Assembly: GCA_041615815.1 (NCBI GenBank) | Contig: JBFJCP010000003.1 | Coordinates: 64,001 to 128,000, forward strand | Source: Gemmatimonadales bacterium | Lineage (GTDB): Bacteria > Gemmatimonadota > Gemmatimonadetes > Gemmatimonadales > GWC2-71-9 | Direction: 5' to 3' | Length of the DNA: 64,000 nucleotides | In this document: positions 51,415 to 60,578 of the stretch, in pieces | Numbering within the stretch: position 1 is the first letter of the stretch | Layout of the letters: every line of letters begins with the position of its first letter | The notes under the pieces: model-generated | The model's input: only the letters and a program-made list of their open reading frames with translations | What the model was told of the DNA's origin: nothing | Database searches by the model: none | Position numbers and translations under genes: made by a program

Positions 51415-53412
51415 ATGCACGACCTCTCGTTCCTCCGTGACCTCATCATCGTCGTCGCCGCGGCCATTCCGGTGGTGGCGCTGGCGCAGCGATTTCGCAT
51501 TCCGACCCTTGTCGGCTTCCTGCTCACCGGCATGGTCATCGGACCGCATGCTCTCGGTCTGATTCGGGATGCGGAGGAGGTCACGGGCCTGGCCGAGCTC
51601 GGCGTGATCCTGCTCCTGTTTACGATCGGGCTCGAGCTATCCCTGTCCCGGATCATCCGGCTCGGTCGCTTCCTGGTCCAGGGAGGGGGGCTTCAGGTGG
51701 GAATCACGATGGCCGCTGTCCTGCTCCTGGGACTCGCCTTCGGCGTGCCGTGGCGACAGGCCGTCTTCTTTGGTGCGCTCGTGGCGCTCTCGTCCACGGC
51801 CGTCGTCCTCAAGGTCTACAAAGACCGGGGAGAGCTGGACACGCCCCACGGCCGAGTCGTCGTCGCCATCCTGCTGTTTCAAGATCTCTGCGTGGTTCCC
51901 ATGATGTTGCTGGTACCACTGCTGGCGGGCACGGGCGAGGGGCTCGCAGCTGCCGGTCGTGCCGTGCTCGTGAGCGTTGGGGTGGTGGGCGCGCTGGTGT
52001 TGGGGGGACGGATCGTCATTCCCTGGATTCTGGAGCGCGTGGTGGGCCTCGCGAACCGCGAGATCTTCACGTTGGGGATCGTCTTCTTCGGTCTCGGCGC
52101 GGCCTATCTGACGGCGAGCTTCGGGCTGTCGCTCGCCCTTGGGGCATTCATCGCGGGTCTCGTAATCTCGGAATCGGAGTATGGGCTCCAGGCGCTCTCG
52201 GACGTACTCCCCTTCCGAGACACCTTCACCGGCATGTTCTTCATCTCGATTGGGATGTTACTCGACCTGGGCTTTGTGGTGTCACACGCGCCGTTGGTGC
52301 TCGGCATCACGCTTGGCGTCATGTTCCTCAAGACCGTCGTTGGAAGCCTCGCCACGCGGTCACTGCGCCGGTCCGTGGAGGTGAGCGTGATCAGCGGACT
52401 CGGAATCGCTCAAGTGGGAGAGTTCTCGTTTGTGTTGGCGGGGGTCGCGGCCCCGTTTCAGCTCCTGGCACCGGATGAGTATCAGGTATTCCTGGGTGCG
52501 TCGATTCTCTCGATGCTGGCCGCCCCGTTCGTGATCGCCGGAGCCAGGATCGCGGCGTTCCAAGTGTGTCGCCTGGCACGGCTTCCGGCACTGGAGCTCC
52601 TGCCGCACGATGCCGAAGCCATCGCGCAGCTCGAGGATCACGTGATCGTGGTGGGCTACGGTGTCAACGGTCGGAATCTCGCGCGGGTGCTCAAGGCCGC
52701 CGGCATTGCCTATATCATCCTGGACCAAAACGGCCAGGCGGTCCGTCGGGCTCGCATGGAGCGGGAACCAGTCTTCTTTGGCGACGGCACGAGCCCGGAG
52801 GTCCTCCATCGCGTGGGGATCGAGCGTGCGCGCATCCTGGTCTTCGCCATCTCCGCTCCCGCCGATGAGCGCCGGGGGGTGGCCGTGGCACGACAGCTCA
52901 GTCCAGCCGTTCGGATCATCGTGCGCTCGCGCTACGTTGCCACCGTGGAAGACCTGCAGGCGCTCGGTGCCGACGAGGTGGTCCCGGAGGAGTTTGAGAC
53001 GTCCATCGAGATTTTTTCCCGTGTCCTCCGGCTCTACGGCGTGCCGTCCAACGTCATCGAGCGAGAGGTCCGCGCCGTCCGAGGCGAACACTACGAGATG
53101 CTGCGGGGGTTAGCCCTCCCCGATCTCCGGCTCGACGCCCTCAAGCATCTCGGGGTCCGCGACGCATTGGATTCCGTGCAGGTCGAAAAGGGCTCGATAG
53201 CGGTGGCGGAAAACCCCGTATCCCTGAGTTTGCGGCGGGAGACCGGAGCGATGGTGATCGCCGTCGTTCGGGACGGTGTCGCGTTCTACACTCCGGATCC
53301 GGACTTTCGCTTTCGGGAAGGGGATACCGTCGTGCTGGTGGGGGACCGGCCGGCGCTGCAGCGGGCGGCAGCGATCTTCCGCGCCGCCGTTACCGGTTCG
53401 GTGCCGAGCTAG
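51415..53412 (+). CDS. CPA2 cation:proton antiporter with TrkA-N and TrkA-C domains (Kef-like)
   Basis: LAELGVILLLFTIGLE, LSSTA, LFQD, QVGEFSF, VGYGVNG Rossmann motif, RCK-C tail. Confidence 0.92.
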   Translation: MHDLSFLRDLIIVVAAAIPVVALAQRFRIPTLVGFLLTGMVIGPHALGLIRDAEEVTGLAELGVILLLFTIGLELSLSRIIRLGRFLVQGGGLQVGITMAAVLLLGLAFGVPWRQAVFFGALVALSSTAVVLKVYKDRGELDTPHGRVVVAILLFQDLCVVPMMLLVPLLAGTGEGLAAAGRAVLVSVGVVGALVLGGRIVIPWILERVVGLANREIFTLGIVFFGLGAAYLTASFGLSLALGAFIAGLVISESEYGLQALSDVLPFRDTFTGMFFISIGMLLDLGFVVSHAPLVLGITLGVMFLKTVVGSLATRSLRRSVEVSVISGLGIAQVGEFSFVLAGVAAPFQLLAPDEYQVFLGASILSMLAAPFVIAGARIAAFQVCRLARLPALELLPHDAEAIAQLEDHVIVVGYGVNGRNLARVLKAAGIAYIILDQNGQAVRRARMEREPVFFGDGTSPEVLHRVGIERARILVFAISAPADERRGVAVARQLSPAVRIIVRSRYVATVEDLQALGADEVVPEEFETSIEIFSRVLRLYGVPSNVIEREVRAVRGEHYEMLRGLALPDLRLDALKHLGVRDALDSVQVEKGSIAVAENPVSLSLRRETGAMVIAVVRDGVAFYTPDPDFRFREGDTVVLVGDRPALQRAAAIFRAAVTGSVPS

Positions 53413-54862
53413 CGCCGCTTTCGAGCGGCGGGGTGCTCTCCACGGAAAAGCCGCGGCGGGTCATCTCCCCCCAGCCCTTGCGACGACGCCACGACGAAAT
53501 CACGCCGCGGACTCGCCAATACGCCAAGAGTTGCCGAAACCCGATGTGCTCCAGCATCGCGAGCCAGAACAATCGCAGGAGATCGCTGTAGCGGGGGTAT
53601 CGTCGGAACGTCAGCTCCTCGAGCCCGACGGCCGCGATGGAGAGCGCCGTGCCGAAGATGTACGCAACCATGAAGAACGCCATGACGTACAGCGCCGATG
53701 CCATGCCGAAGAGCACGGTCAAGGCAAAGACAATGTAGCCGGTAAACTCCACCACCGGTCCAAACAGCTCGAGAAAGAAGAAGTGGGGGAACGCCATGAA
53801 ACCCACTTTGCCGAACCGCGGGTTGAACAGCATGCGGATGTGCCGTGAAAGCGACTCGGCCAACCCCCGCTGCCACCGATCCCGCTGACGTCCCAAGGGA
53901 CCAAACTTCTCGGGACACTCCGTCCACGCGACCGGATCGGGGATGAAGGTGATCCGATACGGAATGTGGTTCTCCCGACAGTGTTGGTGCAGGCGAACCA
54001 CCAGCTCCATGTCCTCACCCACGGTCCGTCCCGTGGTCTTTGCGCTGGCGAAGCCACCCGCGTCCACGACGATGGACCGGCGAAAGAGCCCGAAGGCGCC
54101 CGAGATGATCAGCGTGGCGTCCAGAGCGGACCAGCCCATTCGGCCGGCGAGGAAGGCCCGCAAGTACTCCAAGACCTGTAGGCGCGCCAGATAGTTCTTG
54201 GAGAGCCGAACGTCGGTGACGACGCCGTTGCGAACCGAGCAACCGTTGACGATGCGAATGATTCCGCCCGCGGCAACGGTGGAGCCGTCCTCCAAGAACG
54301 GTCGTATGATCCGCGTCAGAGCCTCTCGCTCGAGCAGCGTGTCGGCGTCCATGGCGCAGAAGAACGGGGTCACGCAGATATTGAGCCCCGCATTGAGGGC
54401 ATCCGACTTACCACCGTTCTCCTTGTCGACCACCCAGAGATTGGGGTACTGGCGGCTCCGATAGATCCGACGAACCACCGCGGTCTCCAACTCGGCAGTG
54501 GGAAGTCGTGCGGCGGGCTTGAGATCGAAGGCCTCCAGCATCCGGTCCACCGTAGCATCCGATGATCCGTCATTGACGAAGATGATTTCGTATTGCGGAT
54601 AGTTCAGCGCTAGCAGCGATTCGGTGGAGGGGACGCAGGTCAACTCCTCGTTGAACGCCGGGACGATGATGGTAATGGGGGGCGCACCGGCGGACGCAAT
54701 CAGCTCGCGGATGTCCAGCGACTTCAGGCGACGAGCGTACTTCTTGAGCGCCTGAAAGGCTACGAGGCTCGTGAAGAGATACACCGTATTCAGGAGCACG
54801 AAGTACGAGAGCACCACGATATTGAAGAACTCGAGGATGCCTTGCGCGATCTGTCCGATCAC
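53390..54862 (-). CDS. Processive GT2 polysaccharide synthase-like glycosyltransferase (PgaC/IcaA-like)
   Basis: VPAFNE, NDGS, GGKSDALN, DAD, SGAFG, GED, QRDRW (QxxRW); N- and C-terminal TMs. Confidence 0.88.
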   Translation of the reverse strand: MIGQIAQGILEFFNIVVLSYFVLLNTVYLFTSLVAFQALKKYARRLKSLDIRELIASAGAPPITIIVPAFNEELTCVPSTESLLALNYPQYEIIFVNDGSSDATVDRMLEAFDLKPAARLPTAELETAVVRRIYRSRQYPNLWVVDKENGGKSDALNAGLNICVTPFFCAMDADTLLEREALTRIIRPFLEDGSTVAAGGIIRIVNGCSVRNGVVTDVRLSKNYLARLQVLEYLRAFLAGRMGWSALDATLIISGAFGLFRRSIVVDAGGFASAKTTGRTVGEDMELVVRLHQHCRENHIPYRITFIPDPVAWTECPEKFGPLGRQRDRWQRGLAESLSRHIRMLFNPRFGKVGFMAFPHFFFLELFGPVVEFTGYIVFALTVLFGMASALYVMAFFMVAYIFGTALSIAAVGLEELTFRRYPRYSDLLRLFWLAMLEHIGFRQLLAYWRVRGVISSWRRRKGWGEMTRRGFSVESTPPLESGASSAPNR

Positions 54863-56004
54863 TCGTGCACCTCCCCGAGGACCTGCACCGCGACGGACGC
54901 GCGCTTGTGTCCGGATGAAGCGATCTTGCGCAACACCTCCACATCACCGGCTTCTCGCAACGCGCGCGCAGCGTTGATCGCGACCCAGTGCGATTCGTCT
55001 TCGACGGCAACCTGTCGGAGGAGCGCCATGTCAGTGGCCTCCCCGATGCTGCCGAGCGCCTGGGCGGCGGTCGCGCGTACCACAAAATCGTCGGACTCGA
55101 GGAGCCGCCGAACCAATGTCAGGTGGACATCGCCGCCCACCGTCCCCAGCAGCCGCAAACAGGAGGCGAGCAGATCGCGTCGGTGTTCGGTCTCCAGCAC
55201 CCCGGCCGCCACCGGCGCAGACTCGAGGTCGTGCAGGTGCCGGAGCGCCGTGGCGGCGATCGCCCGCACGCTTTGGTCGATGGTTCGGTTTCCCAGGGTT
55301 CGTCGCAACGCGGGGGTCACCTCGGGTCCCATCGACGACAGCATCGAGGCCAGAAAGCTCGGCCGCCAGCTCGTGAACCGATGGAGTCGAGCCAACACGG
55401 CATCGGCGTATTCCGGAGTCTCCTTCTTGGCGAGCGCTCGAGCCGCGATCATGGCCACCAGCGGCGACTTGTCGTCGAGCGCTGCCACAACCGTGTCGGC
55501 GTGATCCGGCAGCCCCAGTTCGCCAAGCGTCTGGACCGCCCGCGCGCGCCGTTCCGCATCGGCACCCCGAGCCCGTGCCGCAACCGGACCGAGAAATGGT
55601 GCGGCCACTTGCCGCAGTTTCGTCCGATCCGTGCCCCGAACGCGTCGGGCGTACCGCAGCACGAGATCCACGAAGTAGAGCTCCTCGTCCCGATCCACGA
55701 GCTGCAGAAGCTCTGGCGGCGCTAACTCCCCGGATAACACCTGCAGCAGTTTGGGTTCCCACCTGGCTTCTAATCGCTCCCATCTGGCGGCCGTGCGGAC
55801 ATTCTTGAACCGCAGTAAGATCGTGATCAACGCCAACAGCAGTGAAACAAAGAAAAGGGCGCCGATGGCGATGATCAGAAGCAAGAAAATCCGGTCTTCC
55901 ATCAGTCGCGAAAAGGGCAGCTGCAGCGCGAATGCCATCGATAGCATCACGCTGGCCGGCCTCTCGGCGACGGATCCGAAACCGGATACCGCTCCACGAG
56001 CCAC
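54859..56004 (-). CDS. Membrane-anchored HEAT-repeat protein (start uncertain, possibly 55947)
   Basis: One TM followed by PBS-HEAT repeats (RARAVQTLGELG, VRATAAQALGSIG, VAINAARAL); overlaps the GT2 start. Confidence 0.85.
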   Translation of the reverse strand: MARGAVSGFGSVAERPASVMLSMAFALQLPFSRLMEDRIFLLLIIAIGALFFVSLLLALITILLRFKNVRTAARWERLEARWEPKLLQVLSGELAPPELLQLVDRDEELYFVDLVLRYARRVRGTDRTKLRQVAAPFLGPVAARARGADAERRARAVQTLGELGLPDHADTVVAALDDKSPLVAMIAARALAKKETPEYADAVLARLHRFTSWRPSFLASMLSSMGPEVTPALRRTLGNRTIDQSVRAIAATALRHLHDLESAPVAAGVLETEHRRDLLASCLRLLGTVGGDVHLTLVRRLLESDDFVVRATAAQALGSIGEATDMALLRQVAVEDESHWVAINAARALREAGDVEVLRKIASSGHKRASVAVQVLGEVHE

Positions 56005-56036
56005 GAATACGCCACGCTCCGCTGATCCGCCCGCTC

Positions 56037-57554
56037 TCAGCGCACCGAGTTCCGCGCGCTTTCGACGAGCCGATGGATGCGCGCCCTGAGCTCCGCCGAT
56101 GAGAACGGCTTCGTCATGTAATCGTTCGCACCCAACTGAAATGCCCGCACGATATCTTGCTCACTCCCGAGTGACGTGAGCATGAGGACCGGCACCTCCG
56201 TGAACTCCGGACGCTCTCTGAGCCGCTGAAGGAGCTGAAAGCCATCCATCCCCGGCAGCTTCACGTCCAGGACGAAAAGCGACGCCGTGCTCAGCTCGGT
56301 GACGTTGGCCAGGAGATCGGTGCTGCTCAGGAAGTGGCGGACCTGGAAGCCCTCTCGAGCTAACCGATGCTGAATCACGTTGGCTGTGACTTGATCGTCC
56401 TCGGCCAGGACAATCATGCGCGCCTGACGGGCCGGCTCATCCTCGCTCGATATCACGCGCTCATCGCCGCCGGTGCGAGCGACGTACAGCAATCGATCAG
56501 CCTCCGTGATCACCTCGGGCAGGGGGGCTCCGCCGGCCACCGCCACCACGCCGGCCGAGAAGACGGCGCTCGGCTCGGATCCATCTCCCAACGCCCGCAG
56601 CGCCTTGTTCAACGCCAGCGTGGCACCGCGCGCGCCCGTCCCGGGAAACAGCACTACGTAGTCGTCACCACCCCACCGCGCGATCACATCCACCTCCCGC
56701 AACGACTTGCTGAGTGCCTGGGCAAACGTGCGAGCGGAGGCATCGCTCCGACCACCTTCCCCACCCCGCTCCAATCCCACGACCGCCAAGGCCATGGAAG
56801 TCTTGTTACGCGCGCTCAAGGAAGCGTGGTAATCGTACGTCTCGCTGAACGCCGCACGATTCAGGAAGTGGGTAATCGGATCGCGCCGCGGCTCGGACCG
56901 AATCTCGCCAAATCGCTGGAGCGCGCTCACGACCGCCGGTGCCAGGGCGTCGCCGTTGATGGGACGGGTCAGAAACGCGTCCGCTCCCAAGGCAAAGCAC
57001 TCTGCCCGCCCCACATCACCCGCGGGCTTCGCCAGAACAAAAATCGGGAGCCCCGCCGTATCCGGACGACGGCGTAGCTCCACCAAGAGATCCCGGCCAT
57101 CACGATCCGGCAGCACGAGATCCAACAACACGAGCCCCACTTCATGGCGGTCGAGCAGCTGTTCGGCTTGCGTTGCGGTCAGTGCGACGAGCACCTCGCG
57201 ATGCCGATCGGCGAGCGCCGCCGTGGCTGCCCGGGCCACACCTTGGTCAGCCCCGATGTACAGCACCTTCACGACGGCGGTGTCCACGACCGCCGTGACC
57301 GTTCGCAGGGTGTCGACCAAGCCTGCCGCCACGGTGCCGAGCTGGCCGTTCTCCGCTTCCAGCAGCTCGCCAGCCGCTTCGCTGATCTCAGAAAACCCGA
57401 AGCACTGACCGGAGTCCCTCAGCCCCCGAGCGATCCGGCGGAGTGAGGCTGGGGCGTCTCCATCATTGTCGCTCAGCGCCCGGAGCGCCCGATCGAGCGC
57501 CTCGATCTGGAGCGAGAGTCCCTGACAATACCAACGTCGCGCGTCATCGATCAT
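56037..57554 (-). CDS. Multidomain response regulator: Hpt-like, REC, degenerate GGDEF (GGDDY), REC
   Basis: LLDLVLPDRDG; RRDPITHFLNR; REVD...RWGGDDY; C-terminal AEDD, LDVKLPGMDG, MLTS, MTKPF. Confidence 0.85.
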   Translation of the reverse strand: MIDDARRWYCQGLSLQIEALDRALRALSDNDGDAPASLRRIARGLRDSGQCFGFSEISEAAGELLEAENGQLGTVAAGLVDTLRTVTAVVDTAVVKVLYIGADQGVARAATAALADRHREVLVALTATQAEQLLDRHEVGLVLLDLVLPDRDGRDLLVELRRRPDTAGLPIFVLAKPAGDVGRAECFALGADAFLTRPINGDALAPAVVSALQRFGEIRSEPRRDPITHFLNRAAFSETYDYHASLSARNKTSMALAVVGLERGGEGGRSDASARTFAQALSKSLREVDVIARWGGDDYVVLFPGTGARGATLALNKALRALGDGSEPSAVFSAGVVAVAGGAPLPEVITEADRLLYVARTGGDERVISSEDEPARQARMIVLAEDDQVTANVIQHRLAREGFQVRHFLSSTDLLANVTELSTASLFVLDVKLPGMDGFQLLQRLRERPEFTEVPVLMLTSLGSEQDIVRAFQLGANDYMTKPFSSAELRARIHRLVESARNSVR

Positions 57555-57936
57555 AGCGATCTCGGTTGAGTACAAGTGTCGTCGATGGGCCGGAATCGGA
57601 GCGGGTGGGAGGATCCGCGTGGACCACCACCGAATGGCAAACGTCGACCCGCAGCGCGGCTCGATGGGAATGACGAGCAGGTGGGGGGACGGATCGGGGT
57701 CGCCACACGTCCCCCGGCGGCCCTCCGGACATCGCGCGGGGATGGAGGGTCACCCCGCTGTCCGCCACATCAGCCCGCCGCACGGACGAGCCCCATCGGT
57801 ACTCCCCCACGAGCGAGTTTTCCGCTGCTCTAGAGCGCGGCCCCGACGGCCCAGAGCGCGCCGCACCACCCCTTCGGCGCCCTGCTGGGACGCGGAAGCG
57901 GCGGCTGCGGACACCCCCGTGCCGGAGAGAGCCTTG

Positions 57937-57949
57937 TAACGGATTGATA
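57937..57949 (-). promoter_or_regulatory. IHF-like binding site
   Basis: Minus strand reads TATCAATCCGTTA, matching WATCAANNNNTTR, inside a GTAAC...GTTAC flanked AT-rich patch. Confidence 0.45.
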
Positions 57950-58062
57950 GCTAACAAGTTACGCCTTTCTGAGCAAGTCGGCTCGCAATCTGCCCAACTG
58001 CCGAATCTGCAAGGCGCTACCCAGCCATGGCGTGCCGTAGGTCACTTAATCATTAGAGGATA

Positions 58063-58225
58063 GGCGGCAGGCGCGGCAGGGGCGGGGGCCAGATGGGACG
58101 AGGGGGCACGTGCGGCAGGAAGGGACTGCACAGACCCTCATCGACGTCAGTCTCCATCTCCGCCGCATCTTGCGCACGGCTCCTGCCTCTGCTCGCACCC
58201 CGTCGCATCTGCCGCGCCTGCCGCC
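58063..58225. repeat. Intergenic element bounded by a perfect 17-bp inverted repeat
   Basis: GGCGGCAGGCGCGGCAG (58063-58079) and CTGCCGCGCCTGCCGCC (58209-58225). Confidence 0.7.
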
Positions 58226-58632
58226 CTCGCTTCCCACACTCCGCGTGGCACGCATCACACAGGCGTGCGCGGCTCACGACACGATCACGTTGTGGTCTTT
58301 TCGCCAACGCTTTGGTGCAAACAAACCGCAGGCGTGCAATCGATGACCGATCGTGCGTGGAAATATAAAAAAGTTGTCCTTCTTCGTCCCACTGTGGTCG
58401 GAGATCACGTCGTCGCGATCCCGATTTCTTCTTCATGGTCAGCGCTCAACAGCCACGCGTAATCGGGGTCACCGCGCTATTCGCATGGCCAGTGTAGTTT
58501 GTCGCACGGTCGCGGAACCGGAGAAGCGATGACGCGTGACTCAGCTCACAGCACGGATGCAACAGTGCAGGCTACATGCAACATCGCGTTCGATGGACCG
58601 CAAAGAAACCCGAGCCTTCGCAGGAGGGACAC

Positions 58633-59748
58633 ATGAAGTTCCGAAACCGTTTGGTCGCGTTCGTTCCGATCGCGGCGCTCGCGCTCGCAGCGTGTAGCGA
58701 ATCCACCGGACCCGGCTCCAATGCCGAGCCGTTGGATCCCGTGAGCGCGAATCAGCAAGCGCAGAGCATCACCACGTCGCTGGAGCAGAACCCGGCATTG
58801 CCGAGTCTCGAGATGCTCGAGACCACCGCCCCCATCCTTGGCGGATCGGCGGCGGGACAGCTCTTTCTGTCTACCGCGCCGTTCAGCCCCGGAGCGAACG
58901 GCGAGGGTCTGTCCGAGCGGCTCCAGCGGTTCGCCCGAACGGCGCAGCCGTATCTGAGTTCCGCCGAGCCGGCGGTCATCATTCCGGCCGACCTCTTGGG
59001 GAAGACGTTGGTGTACAACCCCAATACGGGTGAATACGAGGTCGACGAGACCTTGACCGACGCTCCCGCCAACGGCGTCCGCGTGATGCTGTACGCGCGG
59101 GATCCCGTCTTCGAGCGTCCGATTGGTGACGCGGTGGGCTACGCCGACTTCATGGACGTGTCGACGCCGTCGGCGGATGCACTTCAAATCATCGTCGTGC
59201 TGTATGACGTGAACGGCGGCAGTCCGGTCATCGATTACACCGCGAGCGCCTCCGTCGAGGTGCTGGGTGGCGTCACGGTCGTGTTCCGGGCCGTCGGTAG
59301 CATCAACGACGGGCTGGGTCGCAGCCTCACGTTCGACCTGAATCAGAGCATCTCCGAGGAAGAGCGGATCGAGCTGGATTACGACCTTACAGCGGAAGAC
59401 AATGGTGTTACCATTCACTTCGAGGCCATGGCGGGCCCCACGCTGGATGGCGTGACCTTTTCGCTCTCGGTCTCCAACGGGTCGGAAGCTCTGGTTCTCT
59501 CGTTCACGGTGAATGAGGCGGGCATCAATGGCCTTCTCGACCTGCCCAACACCACGAACGACATCTCCATCACCGTCGTGGGTGAAGAGTGGGTCATAGA
59601 GCATACGGAAGGTGGCGAGATCACCGAGGACGAGGCACAGGCGATCCGGCAGATGTTCCAGCTGCTGGAGCGGATCGAGCATGTGGTCCGCAAGCTGATG
59701 CGGCCGGCACATCGGATTCTGAACGTGCCGTTGTTCGCAATCGACTAG
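58633..59748 (+). CDS. Hypothetical lipoprotein
   Basis: AGGAGG SD, lipobox LAAC followed by SESTGP, acidic beta-rich body. Confidence 0.8.
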   Translation: MKFRNRLVAFVPIAALALAACSESTGPGSNAEPLDPVSANQQAQSITTSLEQNPALPSLEMLETTAPILGGSAAGQLFLSTAPFSPGANGEGLSERLQRFARTAQPYLSSAEPAVIIPADLLGKTLVYNPNTGEYEVDETLTDAPANGVRVMLYARDPVFERPIGDAVGYADFMDVSTPSADALQIIVVLYDVNGGSPVIDYTASASVEVLGGVTVVFRAVGSINDGLGRSLTFDLNQSISEEERIELDYDLTAEDNGVTIHFEAMAGPTLDGVTFSLSVSNGSEALVLSFTVNEAGINGLLDLPNTTNDISITVVGEEWVIEHTEGGEITEDEAQAIRQMFQLLERIEHVVRKLMRPAHRILNVPLFAID

Positions 59749-59762
59749 GCACCGCACTCCGG

Positions 59763-60578
59763 TTGCACCTCTTAGCCGGCGTCGTCGCCGCCGCCCTTGT
59801 GGCGGCGTGCGACACGCCGGCTTCGTCTTCCCATCTCCTTTTCCGTGAAGGCCGCGCGGTTGCGGCGGCTGGAGACTCGCTGCTTGCAGTAGCGCGCGCC
59901 GGCAACCGAGGCGTCCTGGTCTACAGCCGAGGCGGGGATTCCACCTTCACGTTCGGGACGGGAGAGCTGGTCAGCCCGGTTCACGTTCAAGAGATGGGCG
60001 GGCGGTGGTTTGTCTCGGATGTGGAGGGTGGACGTCCCCAGATCGTCCTGTTTTCCACCGACGGCGTCTTCGAGGAACGCATCGGCCTCGACACCCTCGC
60101 CTCGGCCGCCCACCAATTCGCCGTGCTCCCTGACCGGCGCATCGTGGTCGAACACCCCGACGGCCGGTTGCTGGCCCTGGGACCGGACTCCGTCACGACG
60201 TTCACCACCACCGAGCAGAGCGAGCGGGCGGGGCTCATGGTCGCGGCGGGGGGTGGTGTCCTCCACGCCGTGCCCGGGCGTCACCTCACCCTCTACAACG
60301 TGAACGGCAATGTCCGGTGGCGGCTCGAGTGGCCGTGGCACGACCGTGCGTTCGTGGCCGACCTCGCCGTGGACGCCCAGGGTCGCAACTACGTGATCGC
60401 CGGCGAAGAGGGCCGCAACAGCTTCGTGACCTTCACGCTCTCTCCCACGACGGGAGAGATCCTCCGCTGGTCCGTTCCAGGACCATTCACCACATTTGTC
60501 GTCGATCGGTTGGGTGAGGTTCGCCCGGACACCGTGGGCGGGTGGTGGAGTGAGAACGGAACGCGGGAAGCGCCTTAG
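59763..60578 (+). CDS. Hypothetical lipoprotein, possibly a beta-propeller (start uncertain)
   Basis: Lipobox VAAC; propeller-like strands ([29 protein letters not shown]). Confidence 0.65.
   Translation: MHLLAGVVAAALVAACDTPASSSHLLFREGRAVAAAGDSLLAVARAGNRGVLVYSRGGDSTFTFGTGELVSPVHVQEMGGRWFVSDVEGGRPQIVLFSTDGVFEERIGLDTLASAAHQFAVLPDRRIVVEHPDGRLLALGPDSVTTFTTTEQSERAGLMVAAGGGVLHAVPGRHLTLYNVNGNVRWRLEWPWHDRAFVADLAVDAQGRNYVIAGEEGRNSFVTFTLSPTTGEILRWSVPGPFTTFVVDRLGEVRPDTVGGWWSENGTREAP

Noticed and set aside
57576..57957. ORFs of 85-137 aa upstream of the hybrid regulator
   Set aside because: Arg/Pro-rich translations typical of non-coding GC-rich DNA, in conflicting frames.
58053..58436. 127-aa minus-strand ORF starting MKKKSGSRR
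   Set aside because: No recognisable domain or clear SD, and its 3' half runs through the inverted-repeat element; it cannot be supported without homologues.
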